From Candidatus Krumholzibacteriia bacterium (GTDB taxonomy: Bacteria; Krumholzibacteriota; Krumholzibacteriia; JAJRXK01): a stretch of DNA of 64,000 bases. Each line of letters begins with the position of its first letter. Position 1 is the first letter of the stretch. This document shows, in pieces, positions 28,901-37,785 of the stretch. The position numbers and the translations under genes were made by a program. Under the pieces are notes generated by a model, which searched no databases, had not been told where the DNA came from, and was given only the letters and a program-made list of their open reading frames with translations. Location: the NCBI GenBank assembly GCA_041484665.1, contig JBGPIA010000001.1, forward strand, positions 864,001 to 928,000. The letters are read 5' to 3'.

Positions 28901-29041
28901 GAAAACCGGAGCCGAGAGGTCAGGGAAAACGTCGCGTCGGAGCTTCTGGAACGACACGATGCCTAGACCTGCACCGGCGAGCACAAGCACCACCGCCAGG
29001 GCCGGCTTGGCGAAGAAGCTCCGGATGATTCGTTCGATCAT
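25934..29041 (-). CDS. czcA: CzcA/CusA-family heavy-metal RND efflux permease
   Basis: DVFPDLS, NTMTLGGLAIAVGLLVDASIIVTEN, GIEGRMYKPLA, FGIAVQNG and EIERPLAIVMIGGL; GGAGG RBS. Confidence 0.93.
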   Translation of the reverse strand: MIERIIRSFFAKPALAVVLVLAGAGLGIVSFQKLRRDVFPDLSAPVFNIIVQDPAMGAEELETAIAIPMEVALAGLPNVRRIRSNNQLGVSQVTVEFEPDADYSRSRQFVAERVAQVGSQLPPGPDAPLISSLTGRLNEVFEITLEAESGSADLMTLRDLAEFDVKNRLLAVPGVAAVERLGGYLRQFQVQIDPDRMSARGVTLDAVLHAVEGANLNSAGGFIVQGPMEWTVRAVGRVRTVDDLRGTAVAVWGTTPVLLGDVADVCEAPAVRRGIAHRLKGEVVSCRIVKQFGADTVTVTAGIRKAITEIRRSLPQGVELRIVYDQSELVRSALGGVGRAVLLGALLVILVLFGLLGDIRAAILVTLTIPLSIALAGVILKQAGIGLNTMTLGGLAIAVGLLVDASIIVTENVVHRITARRDGARREHALVAAAEVGRPIAFATLIVIAVFVPLFGMTGIEGRMYKPLAAAVIAAVAASLILALSLVPVASGLILRPRPENKPEDVWLVRRLKSVYAPILDACMRRAGWVRLGSLALTVPAIVLALFVGSDFMPNLDEGAFLIQTLLPPEASLEEVDRLNCRVEDVLREFPEVEDVVRRTGRAERTEDPMPHTLSDVLVVLKKNRQRTLDGLEEAMRKRIEQVPGVTALFTTPLGMRIDEGLGGTPADLAVRIFGPDLNELARLAERTRDIMSRVDGITDLRAEKLTGLPQLRISVDRAGTARAGLTPGDVIRAVRIGLVGEEESEVWIGQRRFDLVVRLQDHWRSDANVIRALLVDGRDGARIPLGQLAAIEETFGPGAIRREAGSRRIAVEAGVSGRDLGSTAKEVRQRLEKQLQLPQGYFLDVGGRVESQERAARSLSVALVIAVVAVFILLYLALGSVLEVIGILISLPVALVGAVVALAISGETWNVSSLVGLCGLFGIAVQNGLVLVAQTRSLMAEGKPFSEALRGASIGRVRPKIMTAGTAILGLLPMLVLRLHGTEIERPLAIVMIGGLITSTLFTLLALPTFYTLAHELGERFARPTPAHQPVEPS

Positions 29042-29051
29042 GGCCGCCTCC

Positions 29052-30251
29052 TCAGTGCTCGTCGTGCTCGCCCTCGCCGCTCGCCTTCTCGGCCTCGGCC
29101 TTGAGCAAGAACGCCCCCTCGACAACGACCGTCTCGCCCGGACGCAGCCCCGAGACGATCTCGACCTCGCCGCCGAGATCGCGGCCGCGTGCTACCGTCC
29201 GCATCTCGAAAGTCCTGTCGTCGCGCGGGACGAAGACGCACCAGCCCTCTTGCATGCGCTGCAGGCAAGCAGATGGGACCGCGACCACGCTGCCGCCGGT
29301 ATCGCCGAGCGGGACCCACGCGCTGCCGGACATGCCCGGCCGCAAGCTTCCGTCACCGTTCATGACGTCGATGCGGACAGGGATGGTCCGCGTGCTGACA
29401 TCGACCTGGCTTCCGACCAGAGCGACCGTACCCACGAACTGGCGGCCCGGGAGCGCTGGAAAGCTCAAGCGCGCGCTCGTGCCCGGCTTCACACGAACGG
29501 CGTCGCGCTCGAAGGCATGGACCGTGAGCCAGAGACGAGAAAGATCGGCGACCCGATAGAGCGGCCGCGCAGGATCCGTCATCTGTCCCCGAACGACATT
29601 GCGCTCGATGGCGGTACCGGCGATCGGTGTGCGCAGGGTGAAACGTGCGTCTGCATCGCCACCATCGTTCTGATCCTCTTCCGAGACGCCGAGGGCCCGC
29701 AGTGCCGCCCGCGCGGCGCCTACGTTGGCGTCGGCGGCGGTCGCCTCTGCCTGCGCTTCCTGAAGCTCGCGCTCCGGGGCTATGTGCTCGCTGACCAGGC
29801 CGCGTTTGCGCTCCAGAGCCTGTCGGGCCAGCTCCGCGCGAGCCCGGGCCGAGAGGTAATCCGCGCGGGCCTTGCCGAGCTCCACACTCTGGAGCTCGAC
29901 GAGCGGTTGCCCCGGCCGCACCAAATCCCCCGGTGAGGCGAGGACGCGGACGACCCGTGCCGCGATCGGCGAGCCCACCTCGGCGTAGGCATCCTCGTTG
30001 ACCTTGACCTCTCCGAGCACGGTGACCCCCTCGCCGCTGACGCGCGTTTCCGCCTCAGCGGTGGTGATGTGGAGATCGCGGAGCATCTCGGGGTCGATGG
30101 CAACGACGCCCGCGGGCGCGCCGGCGGCCCTTTGATTCGGCTGCCCGGATGGCTCGGCGTGCGACTCCTCGTGGCTTTCCTTGCGTCCGGAGCCGTTGCA
30201 GCCCACGAGCAGCGCTACACCCAGCAAGATCGTCGTCATGACGGTGCTCAT
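29052..30251 (-). CDS. czcB: CzcB-like RND periplasmic adaptor (lipoprotein)
   Basis: Lipobox LLVGC, His-rich termini, LRTPIAG, LRPGM and GAFLLK. Confidence 0.9.
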   Translation of the reverse strand: MSTVMTTILLGVALLVGCNGSGRKESHEESHAEPSGQPNQRAAGAPAGVVAIDPEMLRDLHITTAEAETRVSGEGVTVLGEVKVNEDAYAEVGSPIAARVVRVLASPGDLVRPGQPLVELQSVELGKARADYLSARARAELARQALERKRGLVSEHIAPERELQEAQAEATAADANVGAARAALRALGVSEEDQNDGGDADARFTLRTPIAGTAIERNVVRGQMTDPARPLYRVADLSRLWLTVHAFERDAVRVKPGTSARLSFPALPGRQFVGTVALVGSQVDVSTRTIPVRIDVMNGDGSLRPGMSGSAWVPLGDTGGSVVAVPSACLQRMQEGWCVFVPRDDRTFEMRTVARGRDLGGEVEIVSGLRPGETVVVEGAFLLKAEAEKASGEGEHDEH

Positions 30252-31474
30252 CGGAGTGCTCCCGCGCTCGCCTCGAGCTCGATGCCGGCGACGGCTGCCT
30301 CGAGCAGACGGTCGATGTGCTGGTTTCGTGTTTCGAGGATTTCGCGGCGCACGAGCAGGAGCTCGGCCAGGCCGATCTGTCCCGCCTCGTAGCTCCGGCG
30401 TGCCAGGGCCTCATTCTCGTCGAGTAGCGGCAGCGCGTTCTGCTCGAGCTCCGTGACGGCGTCGACGCGTCGCCCGTAGACTTCGAAGGCCGTTCTCACT
30501 TCCACGTCGATCAGCCGTCGACCCGCGTCCAGCTCGAGCTGCAGCCTCCGGGCTCGCGCGCTCGCCTCCGTGCGCAGGCCTTGCCCGCGCTCGAGGAGCG
30601 GCAGCGCGAGCGTCAGCCCGCCCAGGAAGACATTGGCCTCCTCCTCGCGTGCGTAGCGAACGCCGAGCCCCACGTCGGGCCAGGCTAGACCCTTCCCGAG
30701 CCGAAGATCGGCGTCCGCCTCGTGGGCCTCCGCGTCGAGGGATCGCAAGTCCGGCCGATCGGAACTCCCAGCGATGAGTTCGCGTAGCTCGAATCGGCGT
30801 CGGTTGTGGAGGTCACCTTGGACCGCGAAAGGTTGGACTGCGTCCATGCCGAGCAGGATGCGAATGTCACCGAGCGCGGCGCTCCGAGTCGCTTCGGCCG
30901 CTTGATGATCAGAGCGCGCCCTCGCGAGGGCGGCGCGGCTGACGTTGACGTCTAGAAGAGGCACGTCGCCGGCCTGGTGCCGCTGTTCGGCGATCCGAAC
31001 GATCTCCTCCGCCACTCCCTCTGCCGCGGTTGCTAGGCGAAGCCGCTCCTCAGCGTAGAGCGCCCGATAGAAAGCGACGGCAACGTCACGCAAGAGCCGT
31101 CGAGCCGCATCCTCGCTCTCTGCCACGGCCCGAGCAACACCGGCTTCCGCGCCCGCGACCCGTGCGCCGCGGCGGCCGCCCAGCTCGAACGTCTGGTGGA
31201 TTCCGATCTCGGTGTCCAGGAATCGGCCGCGCTCGGAGTTCCGCGGCCCAGCGGCGGCCTCGACCAGCGGGTTCTCGTGGAGCAGGACCGAAGCGCCGAC
31301 TAGCCGCCCGCGTGCCTCATCGATCCGGATGCGAGCGGATAGAAGCGTGGGCGCTCGCTCGCGAGCCAGGGTGAGCGCTTGGTCAAGCGTCAGGGCGTTT
31401 TCTTGGGCCGTGCAGAGCTGAGGCCGCAGCATCACGATGGCAGCAACGAGTGCCGCCGCTGACAAGCGGTACAT
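30248..31474 (-). CDS. czcC: CzcC/TolC-family outer-membrane efflux protein
   Basis: LTLDQAL, NP..E, ELGGRRGAR and YEAGQIGLAELL; overlaps the czcB start. Confidence 0.9.
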   Translation of the reverse strand: MYRLSAAALVAAIVMLRPQLCTAQENALTLDQALTLARERAPTLLSARIRIDEARGRLVGASVLLHENPLVEAAAGPRNSERGRFLDTEIGIHQTFELGGRRGARVAGAEAGVARAVAESEDAARRLLRDVAVAFYRALYAEERLRLATAAEGVAEEIVRIAEQRHQAGDVPLLDVNVSRAALARARSDHQAAEATRSAALGDIRILLGMDAVQPFAVQGDLHNRRRFELRELIAGSSDRPDLRSLDAEAHEADADLRLGKGLAWPDVGLGVRYAREEEANVFLGGLTLALPLLERGQGLRTEASARARRLQLELDAGRRLIDVEVRTAFEVYGRRVDAVTELEQNALPLLDENEALARRSYEAGQIGLAELLLVRREILETRNQHIDRLLEAAVAGIELEASAGALR

Positions 31475-31557
31475 AAGTTCCTCGCGCAATCGGGTGGAAT
31501 TACGCGCGCACGCGCTCAACACACGTGCCGCTCAGCCGTTACTAGTTCAGGTTCGGA

Positions 31558-31866
31558 TTACGCGGGGACGAGAATGGGGACGTGGAGGATTTCACGCGGC
31601 TGAGGCGATGGCGGTACTTCGTCACCCGATGCGACGAAATGCTGCTCGACCGCCGGCACCGGTATCGCTACGCCGGAGCGGGTCGCGACCGTGAGCGGCG
31701 CCGAGCAGCACGCGCAGAGCTGGCACGTCGGTGGGCACGTTCCGTTGGGTGAGTCGCCCGGGCACTTCCCAGAGCACGCCTGCTCCCTGGCGAGGTGCGT
31801 TGAAACGCCGGTCGCCTGACCGAGGAAGAGGGCGACCGCCAACAAGATGAAGATGAGCCGTCCCAC
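31558..31866 (-). CDS. Small exported Cys-rich protein (CzcI/DUF2946-like)
   Basis: Signal peptide, CSGKC...CPPTCQLCACC and C-terminal ILHVP; lies directly upstream of czcC. Confidence 0.7.
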   Translation of the reverse strand: MGRLIFILLAVALFLGQATGVSTHLAREQACSGKCPGDSPNGTCPPTCQLCACCSAPLTVATRSGVAIPVPAVEQHFVASGDEVPPSPQPREILHVPILVPA

Positions 31867-32372
31867 ATCCTCGAAGCTACCACCGACAGACGCATGCGTC
31901 CAGGGGCCGAGGAGGAGAGTCGGTGTGGCGGCGCCCGTCGCGGGCGCGGCGCCCGATGCGAACGGGAGGCACAGGGTTTACTTCCAGGCGTGTGCAGGGT
32001 CTTATTGAGCACTACGAGACGGACTACGCGACTTGATGCTGACCTCTGGCTTTCCGGACATCGGGCGATGGGAGAGCGGTCCTGCCTGGGCGGAGAGGCG
32101 AGTGGCGGATGGCGGGGCAGTCTGGTCCGCTCAGCCGCCGCGCGGCCCCGCGGGTTTGGTCACCCCGGCGCCGTTCAACACCAGGAGATTACGCCATTTC
32201 CATTTTCTACAGGACTCGGGACGCTACCCTGGGCAAGCTCGAATCGATTGAACCTGACGGGTGGGCGGGCGTAGGAACAGCTCGCCCTCTTGCAGCCCTG
32301 TGCGCCAGCCGCAGGCAAGCTGGTGAGCGGCCCTGCGACGACCCCAGTACGAGTTGGGGCCTTGCCCGGACG

Positions 32373-32627
32373 TCAACGGTCCAGCTGCGGTGTAAGGCGC
32401 GCCCGCTCGAGCACGGCGCGGGTCGTGGTGTTCAGCCCCGCAAAGTCCGCGGCGCGCTCCAGGGCCCGTTGCTGCGTTTGCACTTCGAACAGCTCCGCGC
32501 GCTTTGCCAACGCGAGATCCCACCACGCCCCGGAAGGCTGTACGTGTCCGCCGGCATCGCGGCGGCGAAACGCGCCGAGCGCGGCCTCCAGCAGCAGCTC
32601 GTGAGCGCCGGATGGCGTGCGGCTCAT
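32373..32627 (-). CDS. Small hypothetical protein coupled to the ECF sigma factor
   Basis: ATGA overlap with the sigma gene stop; globular-looking 84-aa sequence (LLEAALGAFR...AWWDL...RALERA). Confidence 0.65.
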   Translation of the reverse strand: MSRTPSGAHELLLEAALGAFRRRDAGGHVQPSGAWWDLALAKRAELFEVQTQQRALERAADFAGLNTTTRAVLERARLTPQLDR

Positions 32628-33403
32628 GCCAGGAGCTCCTCGAGCGGGACGCCGTGGCGGCGTAGGCATTCGGCCACGAGCTTGCGCGCCCGCACCACGT
32701 TTTGCAGGAAGGTGTTCGTTTGCATGCCCACAGCGGCCGCCAGGTCGCGGTCCGCGTTGCGCCCGGCATCGGCGAGCCGGGCCGCGAGCGCCGCGCGCGG
32801 TGGTCGTGGCAGTTTCTCGATGCACGCGCGGATGATCCGGCCCAGTGACGGATCGGGGACGGGGGCGGGATCCGAGCTCGGCTGCGGCGCACGCTCGAGC
32901 TGCTCGAGCTCCAGCGGAGCGAAGATCCGCAAGCGCTTGGCCTCCTGCAGGGCGAGGTTTCGTACGACGCGCATCGCATAGCGCAAGCTGGCGTTCTCAC
33001 CCTGCAGATCTCGCGTTCGAGCGAGCACCCACATGCGCAGCAGCCCTTCCTGCAGCACGGCCTCCACGTCGACGCCGCGAGCGAACGGCCGCAGGCTCGC
33101 GCGCAGCGGCGGCTCCGCTGCGGCGACCCAGGTGGCGAAGGCGTCCACGTCACCCTGCCCGGCGCGGCGGTAGGCCGCGTCGACGCCATCCGTGGGCGCC
33201 GCGCTGTCGGGCGCGCCGCCGGGCGCGGCGGCAGGCGCCGACGCAGGGGCCAGACCCGAGCTGGCTCCGCTGTCAGACCGGGCGCCGGCCGCGGCGTCAG
33301 GTGCGGCGGCGGCCGCGGACGCGGACGCAGCGCCGACCGGCTGGCGCTCAGGGCCGGCCGGCCGGGCAGCGCGCTCGCGGCGGTTGGAACGTGCGCCTCG
33401 CAT
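32624..33403 (-). CDS. ECF-type RNA polymerase sigma factor with an Ala/Pro-rich N-terminal extension
   Basis: GDVDAF, VEAVLQEGLLRMW, RVVRNLA, CIEKLP and an HTH ending RARKLVAECL. Confidence 0.8.
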   Translation of the reverse strand: MRGARSNRRERAARPAGPERQPVGAASASAAAAAPDAAAGARSDSGASSGLAPASAPAAAPGGAPDSAAPTDGVDAAYRRAGQGDVDAFATWVAAAEPPLRASLRPFARGVDVEAVLQEGLLRMWVLARTRDLQGENASLRYAMRVVRNLALQEAKRLRIFAPLELEQLERAPQPSSDPAPVPDPSLGRIIRACIEKLPRPPRAALAARLADAGRNADRDLAAAVGMQTNTFLQNVVRARKLVAECLRRHGVPLEELLA

Positions 33404-35898
33404 CAGTCCACGGTCTCCGGGTGGAGCGGGATCTCGACCATGATCACGGCGGACCGGTCCGCCGATCGGACCCATACCAACACCTTAACCACGCGCCAGG
33501 GGCTACCGTCGGCGGTGCGCAGCACCAGCCGCAGCGTCAGCCCAGCCGCGTACGGCCCGGGACGGGTGCTGAGCGGATCCACGGTCGCCTGCAACTCGAC
33601 CCGCGCTGCGGTGTCGGCGCGGAACGCCTCCGCGGCGATCGTGCCAGTTGTGGCCAGCTCGAAGCCGTCCCACGGCGACTCGAACTCGAGCACCAGGAGA
33701 TCACCGTCCACACGCAGGCACCGTGCAGCCACGATGACCGCCCCCGGGGGCGCCGGCCCTGTTCGTCGGGCACCTGCGAGCTTGCCGAGCACGCCCGCCA
33801 GTCCTGGAATTGCGCGAGCGCTCATCCGGGTTGGCGGGGGCGGAGCCGAGATGTGCCCGAGGACGCTCTCGAGCATTCGACCGGATTCCACGATCCCGAC
33901 GGAAGTGGCGCAGTCCACCTCGAGCTTGCGCAATGCCGGGAGCCCGACACCGGCCAGCCCCACGCCCTCGGCGCTCACACCGGCGGGCAGCTCCACTGCC
34001 AGGCGCTGGCGGCGGCGTGGCTCGAGCGGATCCACGGTGGGTGTCTCCGCGATGGCGACTAGACTGGTTTCTCGCGTGACGATGCGATGGCGCAGCCCAA
34101 GCTGCTCGATCCGCTGAGGGATCCCCACGAAGTCGCCGGAGGCGCGAGGCTCCTCGTCCAGCATCCACGGCGTCGCCGCCGCTGTGAGATGCATCTCCTC
34201 ATCAGCCACTGCCTCGCGGCCGAACGCGGCTCCCAGCGGCAGGTCGGTGTGGGGCCACGGTGACGGGCCATCCGCCGGAGCGATCTGTACGGTCGTCGTC
34301 CAGGAATCGCCGGAGCCCAGCTCACCCCCGAGCTCGACGGTGCCCCCTGCGGGCGCCAGCTCCAGCAGGGCCAAGAGGGGCTGGCCGGCCAGGACGTCGC
34401 GCGGCCGCGCCGGCGCCTGCGCGAGCACCGCCGTGCCCCCGATGTGGAGGTCGGTGAGCAGGGGAGCCACCGTTGCGCCAAGCAGGCGCTGGCCGCCCGC
34501 CGCAAGCTCCATCTCGCTGCCCAAGAGGACCTCGACGCCGCGGCCGGCACGCGAAGCACCCTGCGTCAGCGTGCGGTTGGGCGCCGCGCCGATGCCCACC
34601 GTGTGCAGCCGCGCGCCAGCGGGCAGGTCGCGCAGCACGTGGGCGATCACCTCGTCCTCGAACCCGATGTAGCCGTCGGTGATCAGGACCACCTGGCGCT
34701 GCGAGCCAGGCCGCAGCGGACACAGCGCGTCCCGGATGGCGTGCGCCATCTCGGTCCCCCCGCCGGCGTGCAGCTTGCGCAGAGCCTCGCTCGCCTTGTT
34801 GAGGTTGGGTGGTGACGACTCGCAGGGCCCCTTCACCAGCGGCTTGCGCTCCGTCGCGAAGGCGATGAGCTCGAACCGGTCGCGCGGGGTGAGGCTGCGC
34901 AACAGCTGCTCGGCGAGCTGCTTCGCGAGCTCCAGCTGGTGTCCGTCCATCGACCCGCTGCAATCCAACAGCAGCGTGAGATCGCGCGCCATGACCGGTT
35001 GCGGCTGCGCCGGCGGCGTAAGGGTCAACAGCGCGTAGCGGCCGTTATCGCCGGGCAGCCCGCCGCCCTCGACCAGGCGGACGCCGACCGACGCCTCCGC
35101 CGTCTGCCACGTGACCACCAAATCGCGATCCAAGCGCGCGGGCTCGGCCAGCGCGAGCCGGCAGCCGCCGTCGGGACCGGCCTCCACGTGGAGGTCGTGG
35201 GAGGGCGACCGCGGAGCGATCCATTGTGGCGTCCCATCCGCCAACAGCAGGTCGAGCGTCAGGCGGACCGGCGTGCCGTTCGCGTCGGCGCGGTCGGCAT
35301 CGAGACGTTGCGCATCCTGCACGCGTCCGGGCGCACCCTCGAAGCGCACACCTACCACGGTGGGGAACCGGTATTCCCAGCGGCCGGCCAGCGCGCCCGT
35401 GCCGCGCTCGATGCACGTGCCGCGCTTCGCCTGCTCGCCCGAAGGCACTCCGTCCGCGCTCGCCCTGGGATGGAACGCCAGCGGGTGCAGCACGTCGATC
35501 TCTACCTCCACGGGCGTTGCGGGCGGCAGGCAGCCCAGGCTCTGGGTGAAGGTGTCGGCGCGGTCCTGCTCGAGCAACCCGGCGGTGCGACCCTCCTCGA
35601 GTGCCTTCCGGTAGGCCTTCCTGGCCTCCATCCGCGACTCGATCTGGCCGGTGATGACCGTCTCGCCCATGCGGATCGTGTAGCCGAACATCGACCCGTC
35701 GGCCGGCAACGCCAGCGTGTAGAGCACCTCGAGCGGCTCGCCGTAGGGGTTGTCGTAGCTCTGGCAGAACGTGGTTCTCGCGAGCCCTCCCGCGGCGCGG
35801 GCGCGGATGGCGGCGCGCTTGAGTGGAAAGGCCCGGCCGTCCACGGCCAGCAGGCCCGTAGGGCGCTGGATCAAGGCTTGGAATGCATTGGCGGGCAT
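33403..35898 (-). CDS. VIT + von Willebrand A domain protein
   Basis: QSYDNPYGEPLEVLY (VIT), MIDAS DCSGS...GGTEM...ITDG, VGIGAAPN and TSLVAI. Confidence 0.9.
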   Translation of the reverse strand: MPANAFQALIQRPTGLLAVDGRAFPLKRAAIRARAAGGLARTTFCQSYDNPYGEPLEVLYTLALPADGSMFGYTIRMGETVITGQIESRMEARKAYRKALEEGRTAGLLEQDRADTFTQSLGCLPPATPVEVEIDVLHPLAFHPRASADGVPSGEQAKRGTCIERGTGALAGRWEYRFPTVVGVRFEGAPGRVQDAQRLDADRADANGTPVRLTLDLLLADGTPQWIAPRSPSHDLHVEAGPDGGCRLALAEPARLDRDLVVTWQTAEASVGVRLVEGGGLPGDNGRYALLTLTPPAQPQPVMARDLTLLLDCSGSMDGHQLELAKQLAEQLLRSLTPRDRFELIAFATERKPLVKGPCESSPPNLNKASEALRKLHAGGGTEMAHAIRDALCPLRPGSQRQVVLITDGYIGFEDEVIAHVLRDLPAGARLHTVGIGAAPNRTLTQGASRAGRGVEVLLGSEMELAAGGQRLLGATVAPLLTDLHIGGTAVLAQAPARPRDVLAGQPLLALLELAPAGGTVELGGELGSGDSWTTTVQIAPADGPSPWPHTDLPLGAAFGREAVADEEMHLTAAATPWMLDEEPRASGDFVGIPQRIEQLGLRHRIVTRETSLVAIAETPTVDPLEPRRRQRLAVELPAGVSAEGVGLAGVGLPALRKLEVDCATSVGIVESGRMLESVLGHISAPPPPTRMSARAIPGLAGVLGKLAGARRTGPAPPGAVIVAARCLRVDGDLLVLEFESPWDGFELATTGTIAAEAFRADTAARVELQATVDPLSTRPGPYAAGLTLRLVLRTADGSPWRVVKVLVWVRSADRSAVIMVEIPLHPETVD

Positions 35899-36165
35899 GG
35901 TCCTTCCTCCCGGTCGGGGCGCCTCGTTGGCTGCGCGATCGCGGCGGCTCGGGCGGCCCCCGTGGCGACGTCCATGCGGTCAATGCGCGAGGGGCTCGGT
36001 TGGTGACAAGGAATCCGCCCTGCCGTGAGGTGGCTGGGGGCGGGCCGGATGCCGGGTCGGCGCCGCAGCGGGGGCTAAGAGGCTGGCGCCGCAGAGACAC
36101 GGGGCGCCCCGGCGTGGGGCCGAGGCGCCCCGCGGGGGCGACGATGGAGAACCGCCGCCCCGGCC

Positions 36166-37539
36166 CTACTGGCCGCCGGGGGCTTGCGGTTGCTGCATCG
36201 CCTCGAGCTTCTTCTTCAGCGCCGTGATGGCGTCCTCCGACCGCTGGCCCGGTGGCAGGCTCTCGGCCAGACGGAGCGCCTCCTCCAGCGTCTTGCGCGC
36301 CGCAGCGGTATCGCCGCGTCCGACGTAGCTGTTGACGCGCGTCTGCAGGATCCTCAGCTGGCGCGGGCCGTAGGCCTTGGCGAGCGCCCGATCGTTGGCT
36401 GCCAGCGCTTCGTCCCATTTCTTCATGGCGTTGTAGGCCGTTGCCAGCCGCGCCGGCGGATTGTAATCATCTGGGAGATCGCGCTCGGACTGCTCCAGCA
36501 TGGGGACCGCCCGCTCGGGCTGCCCCAGCTCGATGTACGCGTCGAGTCGGTGCGGATCGTAGACCGCGCGCTCATCGGCCGTCTTCGCCTTGGCCGCTTC
36601 CCCATCCAGGAACGCCGACCATGCCGCAGCAACCTGCTTCGCGCCTGCCACGTCGTTGGCATCCTGCCGCGCGCTCAGCAGCGCGATGTAGGTTCCCGAC
36701 CGGTCGTCGGCCGCAATGGGAAGAGAGAGGTCGGCCACCACCGCGCGCGCGTCCGCTTCCAGCGCGGCGACCAGCCGCGGGCGCATCGTGTCGTCGGCCG
36801 CAAGATTGAGGGCACAGTCCAGACCGCTACCGGCCACGTTGGCCGCCGACGGCGTGGTGCGCACCCTCGGGAAGGCTGCGAGGGCGAGCTGCGCGCCCGC
36901 CGCGTTCTGATCGGTGGCCGAAAGGGCGAACAGCAGCGCGTCGACGGTCCGCGCGTAGTGCGGCCAGTCCTTCGGCGCTTTCGCCAGTGCGTCGCGGTAG
37001 GCGGTGGCGGCCTCGGCGTTGCTGCCCGCTCCGTAGAGCTGGTCGGCGCGCGCCAGGACCTGGTCTGCCCCCAAGCCCTTGGTCCTGCCCTTGTTCTTGA
37101 AGGCAAGCTGCGCCTCATCGAGGAGCTTGTGGAGCTGCGGCACTGTCGCTCCACCTACCCAGCGCAGCACGACCTTCTCGTCGTTGGGGTCGACGACGAG
37201 GTACGTCGGGAGAGCCTCGACGGGGAACTTCTGTTTGACCGAAGCGTTCTCACGCTTCTCGGTGTTGATCTCCAGCCAGACGAACCGCCCGGCCTGCTCC
37301 TTGAGGGACTCATCCGTGAAGACGAAGGCCCTCATCGAGCGGCAGGTGTGTCACCACGGGGCCCAGCTGTCGATGAAGATCGGCACCTTCTTGGCCTTCG
37401 CCTGCGCGAGCGCTCCGGCGTAGTCGTCCTGCACCCAGGGCAGGACCGCCGGTTTGGACGGCGCGCTCGCAGCAACAGCCATAGAAGCGAAGAACGCCAG
37501 CGTCACCGGCAGAGCGGTGATGGCAGCTAGCGTTTTCAT
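36166..37539 (-). CDS. Secreted thioredoxin-fold + TPR selenoprotein (UxxC; in-frame TGA at 37351-37353, codon 63)
   Basis: The minus strand reads ATC GAC AGC TGG GCC CCG TGG TGA CAC ACC TGC CGC TCG ATG = IDSWAPW-U-HTCRSM. The ORFs 37351-37740 and 36166-37335 are in the same frame. Signal peptide, cis-Pro LPTY and TPR-like helices are present. Confidence 0.88.
37302..37334 (-). promoter_or_regulatory. Candidate bacterial SECIS stem-loop
   Basis: mRNA UGAGGG-CC-UUCGUC-UUCACG-GAUGAG-U-CCCUCA, starting 16 nt after the UGA. Confidence 0.5.
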
Positions 37540-37785
37540 GCCGCAAAGGTACCAGATCACCCCGGAGGCGGCCAGCGGACACTGGCCGCCGGACACTTGC
37601 TGCCGCCGCTGGAGCGGCCGACGACCCCCTGGGAAACCTTCCCGCCTTCGAGTTTGTCGCGGGTGCGGTCGCGGACCGATCTGGTATCCTGAGCTCGCGT
37701 GCGCTGGCGGGAGCCACCGAGCTTGCCGTGCGGCGGTCATCGACGCTCGATGCGTCCGCAGGACATGAAAGGAGCGGCCGGCCCC

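Larger units (their letters stand above)
15268..32228. mobile_element. Decayed metal-resistance/transport island bounded by imperfect IS256-like inverted repeats; no transposase found
   Basis: 15268-15295 GGAAGCGTCCCCGAAATTGCCCACAATG versus the reverse complement of 32201-32228 GGTAGCGTCCCGAGTCCTGTAGAAAATG (10/11 terminal, 17/28 overall). A truncated gene sits at the left edge and several gene fragments lie inside. No target-site duplication seen. Confidence 0.4.

Noticed and set aside
31867..32372. tRNA or transposase at the right island boundary
   Set aside because: There is no cloverleaf or T-loop consensus and no DDE-like ORF. Only the short IR-like sequence is supportable.
37351..37740. 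ORF-track 129-aa ORF and separate 389-aa ORF (36166-37335) as two genes or a pseudogene
   Set aside because: They share one frame and the only interruption is a TGA at the catalytic Cys position. One selenoprotein gene explains this better.
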